64,000 nucleotides of DNA from Diplonema japonicum (Eukaryota; Protista; Euglenozoa: Diplonemea), in contig OZ025676.1 in the NCBI GenBank assembly GCA_964019335.1, forward strand, positions 124,001 to 188,000. The letters are read 5' to 3'. Below, piece by piece: positions 53,123-64,000 of the stretch; within the stretch, counting starts at the first letter, position 1, and each line of letters starts with the position of its first letter. The notes under the pieces were generated by a model. It saw nothing but the letters and a program-made list of their open reading frames with translations, was not told the DNA's origin and did not search any database. Both the position numbers and the translations under genes were made by a program.

Positions 53123-54470
53123 TAATAGCAAGTTATTGCCAGAATCGGAATTTAACTCAAAGTCCAAAAGAAAGAAAAAAAAAAGTTAAATTACGGCTCA
53201 TCGCTGGCAAAGAAGTCGGTTTTCTAACACCCATTCCAGTTATTTCAGTCGCTCGTTGCTGCTCCCATGCGGAGTTCCAAAATTTTGATCAGTTTCGGGG
53301 GGGCAGGCACTTGGCTCATGGTTTACCTCCAAATAAATATTGGCAATATTAAAGCTGTTACCCGTGATATGAAAGAGGGCAGCCTACATAGTTTATGTGT
53401 CCTTTCAGATGCCGCGCCCCCAGATTTTTTTTTTTTTTTGGAGTACGTTTGTAAAATTATGAGGCTTCTCAAGCGAATAAAGGAAAATGACGAAAAAAAA
53501 GGGTGGGGGAAAAAAAAAATAGGAAAACAAAAATAGATAAAAAAAAAAACTCAAACCACAACCAAAACTTTTTTTGTGCCTATAGAAAATGACGAGGCGC
53601 TTCGCTCTTTCGGTGGGCAGGGAGGGGAGGGGGGAAAGAGAGGAAGCATTTCTTTTTTTTTAAATTTAAAGACTATTTTTTTTTTTTTTTTTTTTTTTTG
53701 GAACGAGAATAATAGGGTCTTCTTCTATTTCCTAGAGGCAGAAGGGGGTTTTTTTTTTCATCTTCTTACGGCCACCTTCCTCATCCCACAATTCATCACT
53801 GATTGAAAAAAAAAAGATTTTTGACAAAATAGTCTATTAGAACAGGGGGGATTGGGGACCACCTCACAGCAGATCAAGAATTCTTTTTTTTTTTTTTTTT
53901 CCCTTTTCTTTCTCTCTTTCTCATGTTGTTTTTTCTCACGGTAGTCCGTGACTTAGTTAGCTGTGATATAAATATTTTTTTTTTTTTTTGGGAGGGAAAA
54001 AAATAGACTAGGGGAATGTGGCGTATACTTTGCAGGTAAATGGAAAAAAAAAAAAAAAAAAAAAGGGGGCCAATAAAAAAAATAGGTATAAAAATATTTT
54101 ATTGCGCAAAATTGCAAAAAAAGCACGTCACGGCTCGGCTTGATGAAGAAGTCAAAAAGAAAGTGTTTTACCGTAAAACAAAAATGTTGAATTTTTTTTT
54201 AAATGTTTTATTTTTCTACTATATGGGGAGGGGTTGATACATTGCTTCATCCCCCATCCCTGCATTTGCTCAAAAAGAACAATTCTTAACGGAAAAAAAA
54301 AAAAGATTTTCTTTTTTTTAAAATCTATTCGCGATTGAATGTTTTACAGTTTTTTTTTTTATTATTTATGACCGGAAGCAAGTTCCAAATCATAAATCTT
54401 TAAAATGAGCTTCTCATCAGTCATATTCCACCAATAGAAAACAAAGAGAGGGTGGGGGAGGAAGGGGAGT

Positions 54471-54517
<47 letters not shown>

Positions 54518-54773
54518 TAGATTGGTCTTCGCACTCATTTCCGTTCTCTTCTGCCTTTTTTTTTTTCTATTCTTTTTTCTTCTTTCTTTTTTTTTTTTAA
54601 AGGTAAATTTCAAAAACGAAACAAGAAGAGGTAGAGGGACAAACCAAGATATGCCCTTTCTTTTTTTTCCTTCCCCCCCCCCCCCCTCTTTTCTTTTTCA
54701 GATTTAGCGTCTGGGCGATATCCTACTCCACCCCTATTTGAGACCACTACTCTTGTGCACCCTTCAGAAAAAG

Positions 54774-54814
54774 AAGTCTTTGAAGGGTACCTGCAGTATG
54801 TGACAGGATCGCCT
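54774..54814. repeat. Family C short repeat
   Basis: AAGTCTTTGAAGGGTACCTGCAGTATGTGACAGGATCGCCT. Confidence 0.8.
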
Positions 54815-55883
54815 AAAACGCGAAAAATCGGAGAGAGAATAGTCCCCGTTATTTCTTTTTTTTTTTTTTTTTGCCATCTTTTTTTTCTTTTCTCAAGCCC
54901 ACAAGAACTGTGGACAGCAAAAAAAAAAAAAAGAGAAAACTGACATACAAAAGAAGGGAAGGGAAGGATGGGGGAGGGGGTGGGGAGGGGGCGAACTTAC
55001 CAATAAATGAAGGAATGAATAACATATAAAATTGAAAATGGTTTTTTTTTTTTTTTTTTTTTTCTTCTGTTCTTTTTTCTTTCCCCCTCCCTTTTTGAAA
55101 TAGAAGTCAATAAAATAGACAAAAGGAACGGGGGGGAAAAAAAAAAGAAAAGAAAATGAACACAGAAGAAAAAATAGAGGGAAAAAAAAAAGAGAATGGG
55201 GGGGCTGGATGCAGAGGAAAAAAGTAAAATAAATAAAAAAGAAACAGCTTTCTTTTTTAGATTTCTTTTTTTTTCCCCCTGTTTTTTTAATAGCTTTTTA
55301 TTTATTTATTTATTTTTTTTTTTTCACAGCCTACCTTTGCCCAATTTTTTTTTTTTTTTCCCGTATTTTTTTTTTCTTTTCTTTTTTTTTCTTCCCCCCT
55401 TTTTTTCGAAAGTCTCGAAGAAGGCAAAAAAAGGGGGAAATAAACAACAAGAAAAGTTGAAGGGGGAAAATGGGAAAGTAGAAGAAAACAAAAAGGTCCT
55501 AGTTATAGGTTCCGCCCGCCGCTTTCTTTTGCATTTGTATTGGCATTTTTTTCCGGTTTGTTTTCTTTGTTTTTTCTTCAGTCAGAAAGGGCATAATTGA
55601 GGGTCCCTTGCCCACACCTTTTACTATTTCTCTTTCACATCCACCCTTCCTCCCATCTTCAAATATCTCTTCGAGAATAAAAAATCCCCCCCCCAAAAAA
55701 AAAACAACGGCTGTCATAAATGAATTTAGCAACCATTTTTTTCTTTACAAAGACAAAACTCCCTTCTTTTTTTTGTTTTCAAAGTTTTTCTTTTTTCTTT
55801 TCTTTTCTTTTTTTTTCCTTCTTTTTTTTCCTGCTTGTTCTCTTGCCCCCCACCCCATAGCAAAACCCTTTCAAAGAAATTTG

Positions 55884-55934
<51 letters not shown>

Positions 55935-57758
55935 TGAAAGCACCTAATGCGCAAAAAGCACATGAGGCCGCTCCATGAAAAGAGAAGGTGAAAAATAAAA
56001 AAGTACTCATGAAAGAGGTGAATAAAGTTATCTTTCAAAAAAACAAAAGAAATGAAATAAAAATGGGTGGGGAGGAGAACCAGAGACAAGGACTTTGTTG
56101 GGATATAAAGAGAAAAAAAAATATTCTTTCTTTTTCTTTTTTTTTGTGTGAAATAGTTTTTTTCTTCTTTTTTTTTTCTTTTTTTTTTTCTTCTCCCCAC
56201 CCGGGCACCCTTCTGCAGTAGCTAGCGAGACTAGCTTTGCTGGTTTTTTTTTTTTTTTTTTTTTTTTTCGTTTACATTTCTTTGCTTTTCGCTCTTACTT
56301 AGAGAGCAGTAGATTTGTTGGTAGAGAGGAGTTCAAAAAAAAAAAAAAAAAAAAGCTTGTTTTCGCTGGTTTCGTTTTTTTGCACCTTTGCCAAGCTTAC
56401 GGTTTGATATCAGGGGGTAAAAAAAAGGGAAGGAGAGAGACGGAACAGGGGGGTTGGTGGGGAAGAACAAAAAAAAAAATCATCTCAACCTAACTATTTT
56501 GTTACTGATTTCAAAAAAAAAAAAACCAAAATAGCATGTTTAGGGACGTAGACAAAAAGGGAGGGGGCATAGCGAGGACTTAGCGCATTTAGTTCCATTT
56601 TTTTTTCTCTTTTTTTTTTCCTGTTGCTTTTCTTTTCTTCTTCCCTCCTTTTTTCTTTTTTTTTTTTTTTTTTTTGCGGGAGTCTTGTACAAAAAAACAC
56701 CACACAAATAAATAATGAGAGAAGGAAAAAAAAAGGGATTGTTTTGTATTTCAGCGCTTCCCCCCCCCCCCCAACCCACTCTTTTTTTTTTTCTTTTCTT
56801 TTTTTCTTTTCTTCTTTTTTTTTTTTTCTGTTCCGCCTCCCAGCTTCTTTTTTCGTTGACTTTTTTTGGGTGGGGGGTAGAACCAAATAAAAATTTCTTT
56901 TTCAAAAAAGGAAACTGAAACGAAAGGGTGCAGGTACAAAGCAGGCGCTTCGTAAAGGGCGAGCGACTACTGTGAAAGTGAGTAAAAAAAAAAAAAAAAT
57001 AAGCATAAGCGGAACACAGTAGCCCGCAAGTATTTTGTACTCCTCAATTTTTGTCTTTTCCTCCCTACCACAAAAAAGCAAAATTGTTTTCCGCTTGTGC
57101 TTCATCGTTATTAAAAAACCCCGAGTAAAATGCTTTCTTTTTTTTTTCTTCTCTTTTTTCGTTTCTTTTTTTTTTTTTTTGTGCTTGCAGGAGGGGAATT
57201 ATTTGGTCATTAGGAGGTGGGGGCAATCTTTTTGTTGGACAAATGAAAAAAAAAAAAAAATAGCAAAAATAAAATAAAATAAAAGAGAATAGGAGAGAGA
57301 AAGATAAAAAAAAAAATAAAAAAAAAAAAAAAAAAAAGGCAATGTTTTAAAAAAAAATTCGGTGGCGAGGTGCTGGGAGGAAAGGGAAGGGGGGTTGGAC
57401 AAGGGGAAAAGAAACCAAGGGGGGAAGACATTTTTTTTTCTTCTTTTTTTTTTCTTTTTTTGCATTCAAACTATTTTTTTTTTTCTCCTTTTTTTTTTCA
57501 AGATAGAGTTTCTTTTAAAAAAAAAGCAAAAAAAAAAAAAAAAAAAAAAAGAGTATAAAAGGTATAAAAAATATCTTTTTTTTTTTCATTTTTTTTTTTC
57601 CCATTTTTTTTTGTTCCCCCTTTTTCAAAAACAAACCTTTAATTCATTTTTTTCTAAAAAAATTCCCAAACAAGTCCATTTCCCCCCCCCCCCCCCTTAT
57701 ACGCTCCGCACCCAAAAAACTTTTTTTTCTCGTTTTTTTTTTCTCTTCATTTCCACGC

Positions 57759-58437
57759 TCAGTCGTAAAACGAAAGCATCATACTCAAATCGTAGGAAGT
57801 GGCGAGATCGTCAACAGCCTCCTCGCTCAAAGTGGCCATGGACTCACAAAGTGAATCAGCTTCATCAGACCCCTCTTGAGACCTTGGTGTGGTGGTAGCC
57901 TGCACCTGAGAGTAAGCAGTATGCAAGCTGTTAGCTGACGGGCTCATTCCCAACCTGGGAGTAGCAATTGCAGTTTCAACAGGAGAATTCCTGGACTGCT
58001 CATTGCGCCAAACGTAGATATCAGATGTGCTACCTGGTCCTTCGGTGGGGTAGAAAACCTCATGCTCGTCGCACTGTGGCGAGTGCACGTAATACCCCTT
58101 GTAGTACATGGCGTCAATGCTGTTGACATGCCTGTCAGCGTCCTCCTCTGTGAGGAACTGCACGTAGGCGTGGACCATCCCGTTGTAACCCTTGTCGTTT
58201 CTCTTCTTTGTTTTGGGGTTCACCGCAATGAGGTCGATCCTGTCCATCGAGTACCGCAGGTCAGACATCTGCACGATCTCCCTTGCCTCGTCCAGGGTTA
58301 GTGTCTTCTTGTCCTTGATCGACAGAATCAGTACGCGCGAGCGGCGGATCTCCGGCTTAAAAGCAGCACGTCTTTTAATGGAGTACCTGTGCATAGCCTG
58401 GGGGTTCACATCACCAGTGAAGTACACACGGCTTTTG

Positions 58438-58481
<44 letters not shown>

Positions 58482-58745
58482 GTCATACAGGAATCTCTCG
58501 ATGACCTTGCAGCTTCCGCCCACTTTGGACTTGAAACCCTTCAGGCTTTCACCCCCGTTTAGGACCGCCACGTAGCAGTCGGTGGCAGGACCGAAGCATT
58601 TCTCGGGCTTCACCTTGGGGGCAACTTGTTGTTGAGGAAGAGCCACAGGATGGCCGTTGTTGTTGTTGCCATTCGCCTGCTGCTGTCGGCCCACAACCTG
58701 GGGCACCTGGAACTGGTTAGTAATCGGGCTCGACTGGTAGTGCAT
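57759..58745 (-). CDS. Divergent RRM-type RNA-binding protein; exons 58745-58489, 58440-57759
   Basis: Q/N-rich N-terminus. A phase-2 intron at 58488-58441 (GTATGA...A33-G) joins ERF-L-HKSRVYF. RNP1-like HAYVQFLTEEDADRHV, and a Ser-rich tail. Confidence 0.72.
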
Positions 58746-61419
58746 TTTTTTTTTTTTCTCTTTTTTGTTTTTTCGTTTTTCTTTTTGTGTACGTTGAGGT
58801 CTGATGGAAAATGTGTTTGAGATTCGCCGAAGAGGAACGAAGAGAAAAGAAAAAAGAACGAAATGGATGGGGGGGGGGGGGGGGGCAAAGAAAAGAAATA
58901 TACAAAATAGAAATACTGTAAAGTGGAAAATGTCGGATTGACAAATAACCGCCATATATGGTCCCCCCCTTTTTTACTTTTTCATTCCCACCTTTTATTC
59001 TCGAGTTTATTGCTGCACGTATCACACAGACAAGTAATAGCTGGGGAAATGAATATTCTGAAATCCTAGGGTTTCTTCGCAAGGGTTGAGCCAGGACTTC
59101 CAAATGGCCTTCAAGAAAAACTTCCCGGCCTGACAAATACACTTTACAGCAAATGAAAAAAAATTCCCCCTTCCCCCCCCTTTTTTTTTTAAACAACACC
59201 CCCCCCCCCCCCCCCCCCCTCCCAGGGAGAGAAAGAAAAGACTTTCTCCCCGTGACTAAGTGTTGCATGTGCTCGGGGAGCGGACCGAAGAAAAAAAAAA
59301 AAAAAAAAAAGAGGGTGGGAAGGAGGGAATAAAAATTTAAAGATAAAAAAGAGAGAAACCCGGAAAGAGAGTATCTAGACCAGCCTTTAGGGACTACAAG
59401 GCTATAAAGGGGCAGAGAATGGGGGGAGGGGGGAGAGAGAGAGAGAAAGAGAGAGAAAGAGGGAGGGAAGCAGAGTTTACGGTCCCCACGTTTAGCATAA
59501 AGGGAATTCCCAAGGGAAGCGCACGCTAGAAAAGGGGTGGGAGGAGATGGTGGAGAACAGGAACACACTTTTTTTTTTCTTTCGTTTTTTTTTTTTTTTT
59601 CCCTTCTTTTTTTTGCTTTTTTTTTTTCCCCCTTTGGGCAGGAGAAACGGGTGATCATGGGAGGGGACGGGGGGAGCAGGTAGGATATGTGCTTCCCATC
59701 TGACGATTGTCAGTGGGTTAAAGCCTTTTTTTTTTTCTTTTTTCTTTTTTTTTTTTTCTGTGCTGTGATAGGAGGAAAAGAATGTGAGTGGGGGAGGGAG
59801 GGAAACGGGAGAAAAAAATCTTTAAGATATTTCTTTTCCTTTATTCTCCATTTGATGCAGGCCACCGTTCCCATCCTTTTCTTTTTTTTAAAGTTTTTTT
59901 TTTTTTTTTTTTTTTTTTTAGTCCGGAAAGAAGAGTTTAAAAAAAAAAAGAAGGAAAAAAAATGCGTCGCGGACTCACGTTTGTTTGGTGTGTGTGTGTG
60001 TGTTTTTTTTTTTTTGTTTTTTTTTTTGTCTTGTTTTGTTTTGTTTCCTCTTCTTCTTTTTGTGGTAAAAAAATAAATAACAATGAAGAAAAAGAAAAAA
60101 AAAAAGAATAAGACAGAAGGGAAAAGAAAGAGGAAAAAAACTTCCATTTTCACCAACTGTCGTTGTTCTTCAGAGATAAAAAAAACAAAAAACAAAAAAA
60201 AAAAAAGAGAGAGAGAGACGGAGAAGAGACAAACAACAGAAGAAAAAAAAAGCGGGGTAAAACGAGTAAAAAAAAAGAAGATAAAGACGGCCACGTTCGG
60301 AGCATATTGTTAAAGGAGAGGGGAGGGGGGGATGGGGAATAAAATGGGGGGGGGGGGAAACTGTTGAAAAGGAAGTAAAATAAGTCCTTGTTTACGACTT
60401 CATAAAACGGGTAGAATCTCTTTATTACCAAGAAGAGAAGGAGGAAAACAAGAGCGGGAAACAACAATTTTGCTCCACTTTCTAATTTCCTTTTCCTTTC
60501 CTGTTGTATATATATTTTTTTTCTTTATTATTTTATTGTTTGGGAACTCACACTGGACGTATCAATAAAAAAGATGGCTATTTCTTTTGTTGTGCAAAGT
60601 CGGATTTTACCCCTAGAAGGCTAAAACCGAACAAAAGTTGCCTCTGCTCTCTTTTTAACAATAACAAATTTTACAATTACTGCTTTTTTTTTTTTTTTTT
60701 TTTTTTTTTCCATTTCACTATGATGAAATTATTGAACTTTTTTTACCCCCCCCTCCTTGTTGTTTTTTTTCTTAACTGTTTCTTTTTTTTTTGGGTTTGC
60801 TTCGTGTGGGAAAGATTTAATACAAAAAAAAAAAAAAATAGAGGGGGAAAAGAAAAAAAAAATAGGAAGCACAGAAAAATTAGAAAAATTGAAATAGATA
60901 ACAGAAATAATAAAAAAATGGTAAGGTAGGACTGGAAAAAAAAAGGGGGGGTTAAAAAAACTTTTTTCCCCCTTATTCTTTTAACTTGGCAACAGACCTA
61001 AAATTTTTCTTTCTTTATTTCTTTTTTTTTTCCCCTCTTTCTTAGTTCGGTCGCGTCTCCTTGTAGCTCTCTTTTCTTTTTTTCTTTCTTTTTTAAAGAG
61101 GACCCTACCCCCAAGAAAAAAAAAGGCAAAAAAGATTTTCGTAGGAGAACTTTCTTATGTTCTTATAAGCGGGGTTGCCTTTCTCCCACCAGCAAACCAC
61201 GTTACGCATGCCGGCACGAATCCCGAAACGACTAGGTACTGCATGCCACCTCTACTCTCCCCCCCTTTTTTTTTGTTCTTACAAAAAAAAAAAAAAAAAA
61301 ACTGAGAGTGTCTTGAGAAGAAATGGGTCTTTTTTTCTTTTTAAATTTTTTTTTCTTTCTTTTTTTTATTTTTTCTTCTACAATCACATTTTTTTTTTTT
61401 TTGACTTTTTTTTTTTAAA

Positions 61420-63216
61420 CCATTAAACCCACATGTCATATATATATGACATAAAAAAAAAGAAGAAATCTATAGGCCTTTTGGTCAAATTATGACCTTT
61501 CTTTCACTTTTCTGATGCCATTGCGCGATTTTTTCCACTTTGTTTGGCTAAATGCTGCCCTTTTTCAGCATTATTTTAAGAATTGGAGAGGTCGAAAATC
61601 CGGGAAAAAATGATTTGAGAATGAAGAATACTCGACTGGAGCAGAGGGCTGGTCGTGAGTGATGAAGAATGCTAAGAAATGTCAGAAAATGGTAGTTCCG
61701 AGTCTAGTAGTACTTAGGGGGAGGAAAGTGTGGAAGAATTGGAGGAAATGGGGTGGAAAGAGGCAGTGTAATCGAACCAGCAGACGACCCAACAGGGAAG
61801 AGCCCTCTCCAGCTTTTTTATTCGTTTTCTACACCATACACCCTCCGATGCCTGACAGCATTCACAAACAACCACCTGGAGCGCCGCAAAATCGACAAAA
61901 GAGTCACGGAAGCCGAAATCCGAGCGTTTCTGGGCCTATGGGTGTTAATGGACCTCACCATCCGTCCCAACTTCCGTGACTACTGGAAAACCGATCCTGA
62001 CTCCATTATGCATACTCAGGGGTTTGCGCGCGTCATGTCCGGAAACCGGTTTGAGCTGTTCTTTGGAAACATATATCTGTGCAAGGACCCATCCCGGGAC
62101 CCTGATCGAGATGAGATCAGCCCGGCATGACAAACTCTACAAGGCCCGCTGGCTGGTTGAAGCTGCGATGCAGCGTTGGGGAAAGGCCTCCCGGACTATC
62201 AAGGAACGGGGGCAGGTGATGAAAAGGGGAAGTTCCGTGTGTTCCAACGAAACAGGCCCGGCATGCACTTTTTTTTTGTGGCAGGGCGGAAAGCTTGTGC
62301 TTCTCCTGAGCGCACCCCCCTTTCAAGCCAAAGATGACCGCCACTCGTCAAAGATGGGTCGGCAAGGCAAAGAAAAAGTCCAGGGTCGCCTTTCCCATTC
62401 CAAGGTCGTTGAAACCTACACCTCCCTTATGGGGGGTGTAGATGGGAACGACGCTGCCACCCAACGCAACACAAAGTAGTCCGGGTGGCAGATGAAAATA
62501 TTAAGGTTCCTGCTTGACAAAAGCCTCTTCAACTGCTGGGTACTTGCGAAGAGCGTCAATTCCCCCATCAAGTTCAATGAACTGGAAGAATGCATCGCAC
62601 ACGGCCTCTGTAAATGCATGGGCAAAGAACCTGCACCATCGAGACCACAAGACTCGAAGGATGTAAGGTTTGACCGCATCAAAGAGCATTTTCCTGCAAA
62701 AATTAGCATAATAGGTGCGTAGTCCATCATTGCATGGGTCCCAGAAGGTCCTCTGGCTATGAATGTTCCACCTGTGGCAAGCGCCTCTATTCCACACCTT
62801 GCTTTTGGCTTTACCACCTGAACGAGGACATCACCGAGGATGATCTTCAGGAGCCCGAAACACCGACAAGTACCAGAAACTCACTGATAGACCCCCGGAC
62901 CCCCTCCACTGGCCAGAGAGGGGTGAAACGCAAGCTAAATGTGGGCTAGAATAGTGTTACAAGGGGTTTTTAGTGCATTTTATTATTATTTATTTTGCAC
63001 TTTTTTCTACTCTTCCCCCCCTTACCAAAAAGGTTTTGGGTCAAAAATCATAAGTTCAAAAGCCAGTTCAGGGGAACCCTGATACCTGAATGCCTCCAGA
63101 GGTCATTTCCCCATAAAAAGAACACTTTGTATGGTTAAATGCTGCCATTTTTTTGAATTTTTTGGAATCGCCTCAAAAATGGGCTTTTTTCGGTTTTTTG
63201 CCTGTGGGCTTAATGG
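61420..63216 (+). mobile_element. Degenerate, internally deleted piggyBac-superfamily DNA transposon
   Basis: 14-bp TIRs CCATTAAACCCACA (61420-33) / TGTGGGCTTAATGG (63203-16), 13/14 match. TTAA on the right (63217-20) and TTAAA on the left. Transposase remnants lie inside. Confidence 0.88.
61753..62949 (+). pseudogene. piggyBac transposase pseudogene
   Basis: Fragments in different frames: EIRAFLGLWVLM...RDYW...FARVMSGNRFEL; DKLYKARWL; YTSLMGGVDGND; WQMKILRFLLD...NCWVL; C-terminal Cys/His domain YECSTCGKRL...PCFWLYH. Stops and frameshifts are present and the central catalytic region is missing. Confidence 0.88.
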
Positions 63217-64000
63217 TTAAATAAAAATAATAATAATAAATAAGGGAGGGGGAGAGAAAAAGGGGGGGGAAATGAAAAATATTTAAAAAAAAAAAAAAAA
63301 ACTGGCAAATTGCATGAGGGGCCCGAGCCTCCTCAAAGCTGTACCCTGGCGAAACGAAAAACAATAATAAAAAAGAAGGGGGGGGGGGAGAAATAGAGAG
63401 GGAGAAGAGATGGGTGGTGTAGTAATTATAATTGTAAAAGGTCCATTCTTTCTTTTTTCTTCCCGCCCTTTCTCTCAGATATTACTTTTTCCACCAAATC
63501 AATATTTCACTCTTAGCCCAGGAGACCTATAACGGCTTTGGCTTGAGCAAGAGATGACACGATAATCTGGAGGGTACCTATCGAAGTAAGAAGAGGCTGT
63601 GAGGGTGAAGCACACTTCTTCTTTTTTTTTTTAAATAAACTATTTGGGGACCGAAATAATGGTGGAAAAAATGGAAAAAAAAAAAGAAGACCCTTTTATC
63701 GAGATGACATAAAAAAAAAAAAACACAACCTTTCGCTACCAGTGTGAGCAAGAAAAAAGAAAAAGAAAAAAGAAAAGAGGAAGAAAAAAAAAGTCTTTGT
63801 AAACGAACGCCCCCTTCTGGGAGGCTTCCGACCTTTTTTTTTTTTTTTTTCGACACAACCCAGGCATACTGCCTCAGCCCAATTTGAAAAAAAAAAAAAA
63901 CTGTGTTTTGAGAAGAATGAGGAAAGCCTTGGTTTCCTGGTCACTCGTTTTTAAAAGGGGGGGGGACAAAATTAACTATTTTTTTATGGCCGAGATTGCT

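Noticed and set aside
44816-57898. Dozens of K-rich or F-rich ORFs here, and similar ones at 5152-6376, 10129-12767 and 58717-61426
   Set aside because: They are translations of A/T homopolymer runs that lack stops by composition and show no domain signal.

Overview
Eukaryotic nuclear DNA, most likely a euglenozoan protist of diplonemid type. This is inferred from a paraflagellar-rod-family gene, all host genes lying on one strand, and frequent short GT-AG cis-introns. I can support 20 protein genes, all on the minus strand between 1 and 58745: three tandem secreted GH18-like hydrolases, two J-domain proteins, a type I membrane protein, a 4-TM protein, a MAPKK, a PRP38B-like splicing factor, a ~2920-aa secreted Kelch/Cys-rich/Ig/vWA protein, a flavodoxin-less CysJ/CPR-type reductase, a Pro-rich coiled-coil protein, a Kv-type K+ channel, a Coq11/NDUFA9-like SDR, a coiled-coil protein, a PfkB kinase, a PH-AGC (Akt-like) kinase, a PFR-like protein, a PPR protein and an RRM protein. 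Non-coding DNA is dominated by homopolymer runs, so most short K/F-rich ORFs in the track are artefacts. Most notable observations: (1) dispersed elements of at least two sequence families that share a fixed end (stem-loop + TTAACTCATATAT + T-run), are variably truncated at the other end, and are co-oriented with the genes; (2) a voltage-gated K+ channel fused to a probably inactive PD-(D/E)xK nuclease-fold domain; (3) 14 predicted introns (13 of 33-61 nt, one of 111 nt) with GTRY donors, 11 of which carry poly(A) rather than polypyrimidine tracts near the 3' AG; (4) a ~600-bp inverted-repeat element and a degenerate piggyBac. No rRNA, tRNA, CRISPR array or spliced-leader gene was recognised. 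All family assignments come from motif recall, not database searches.
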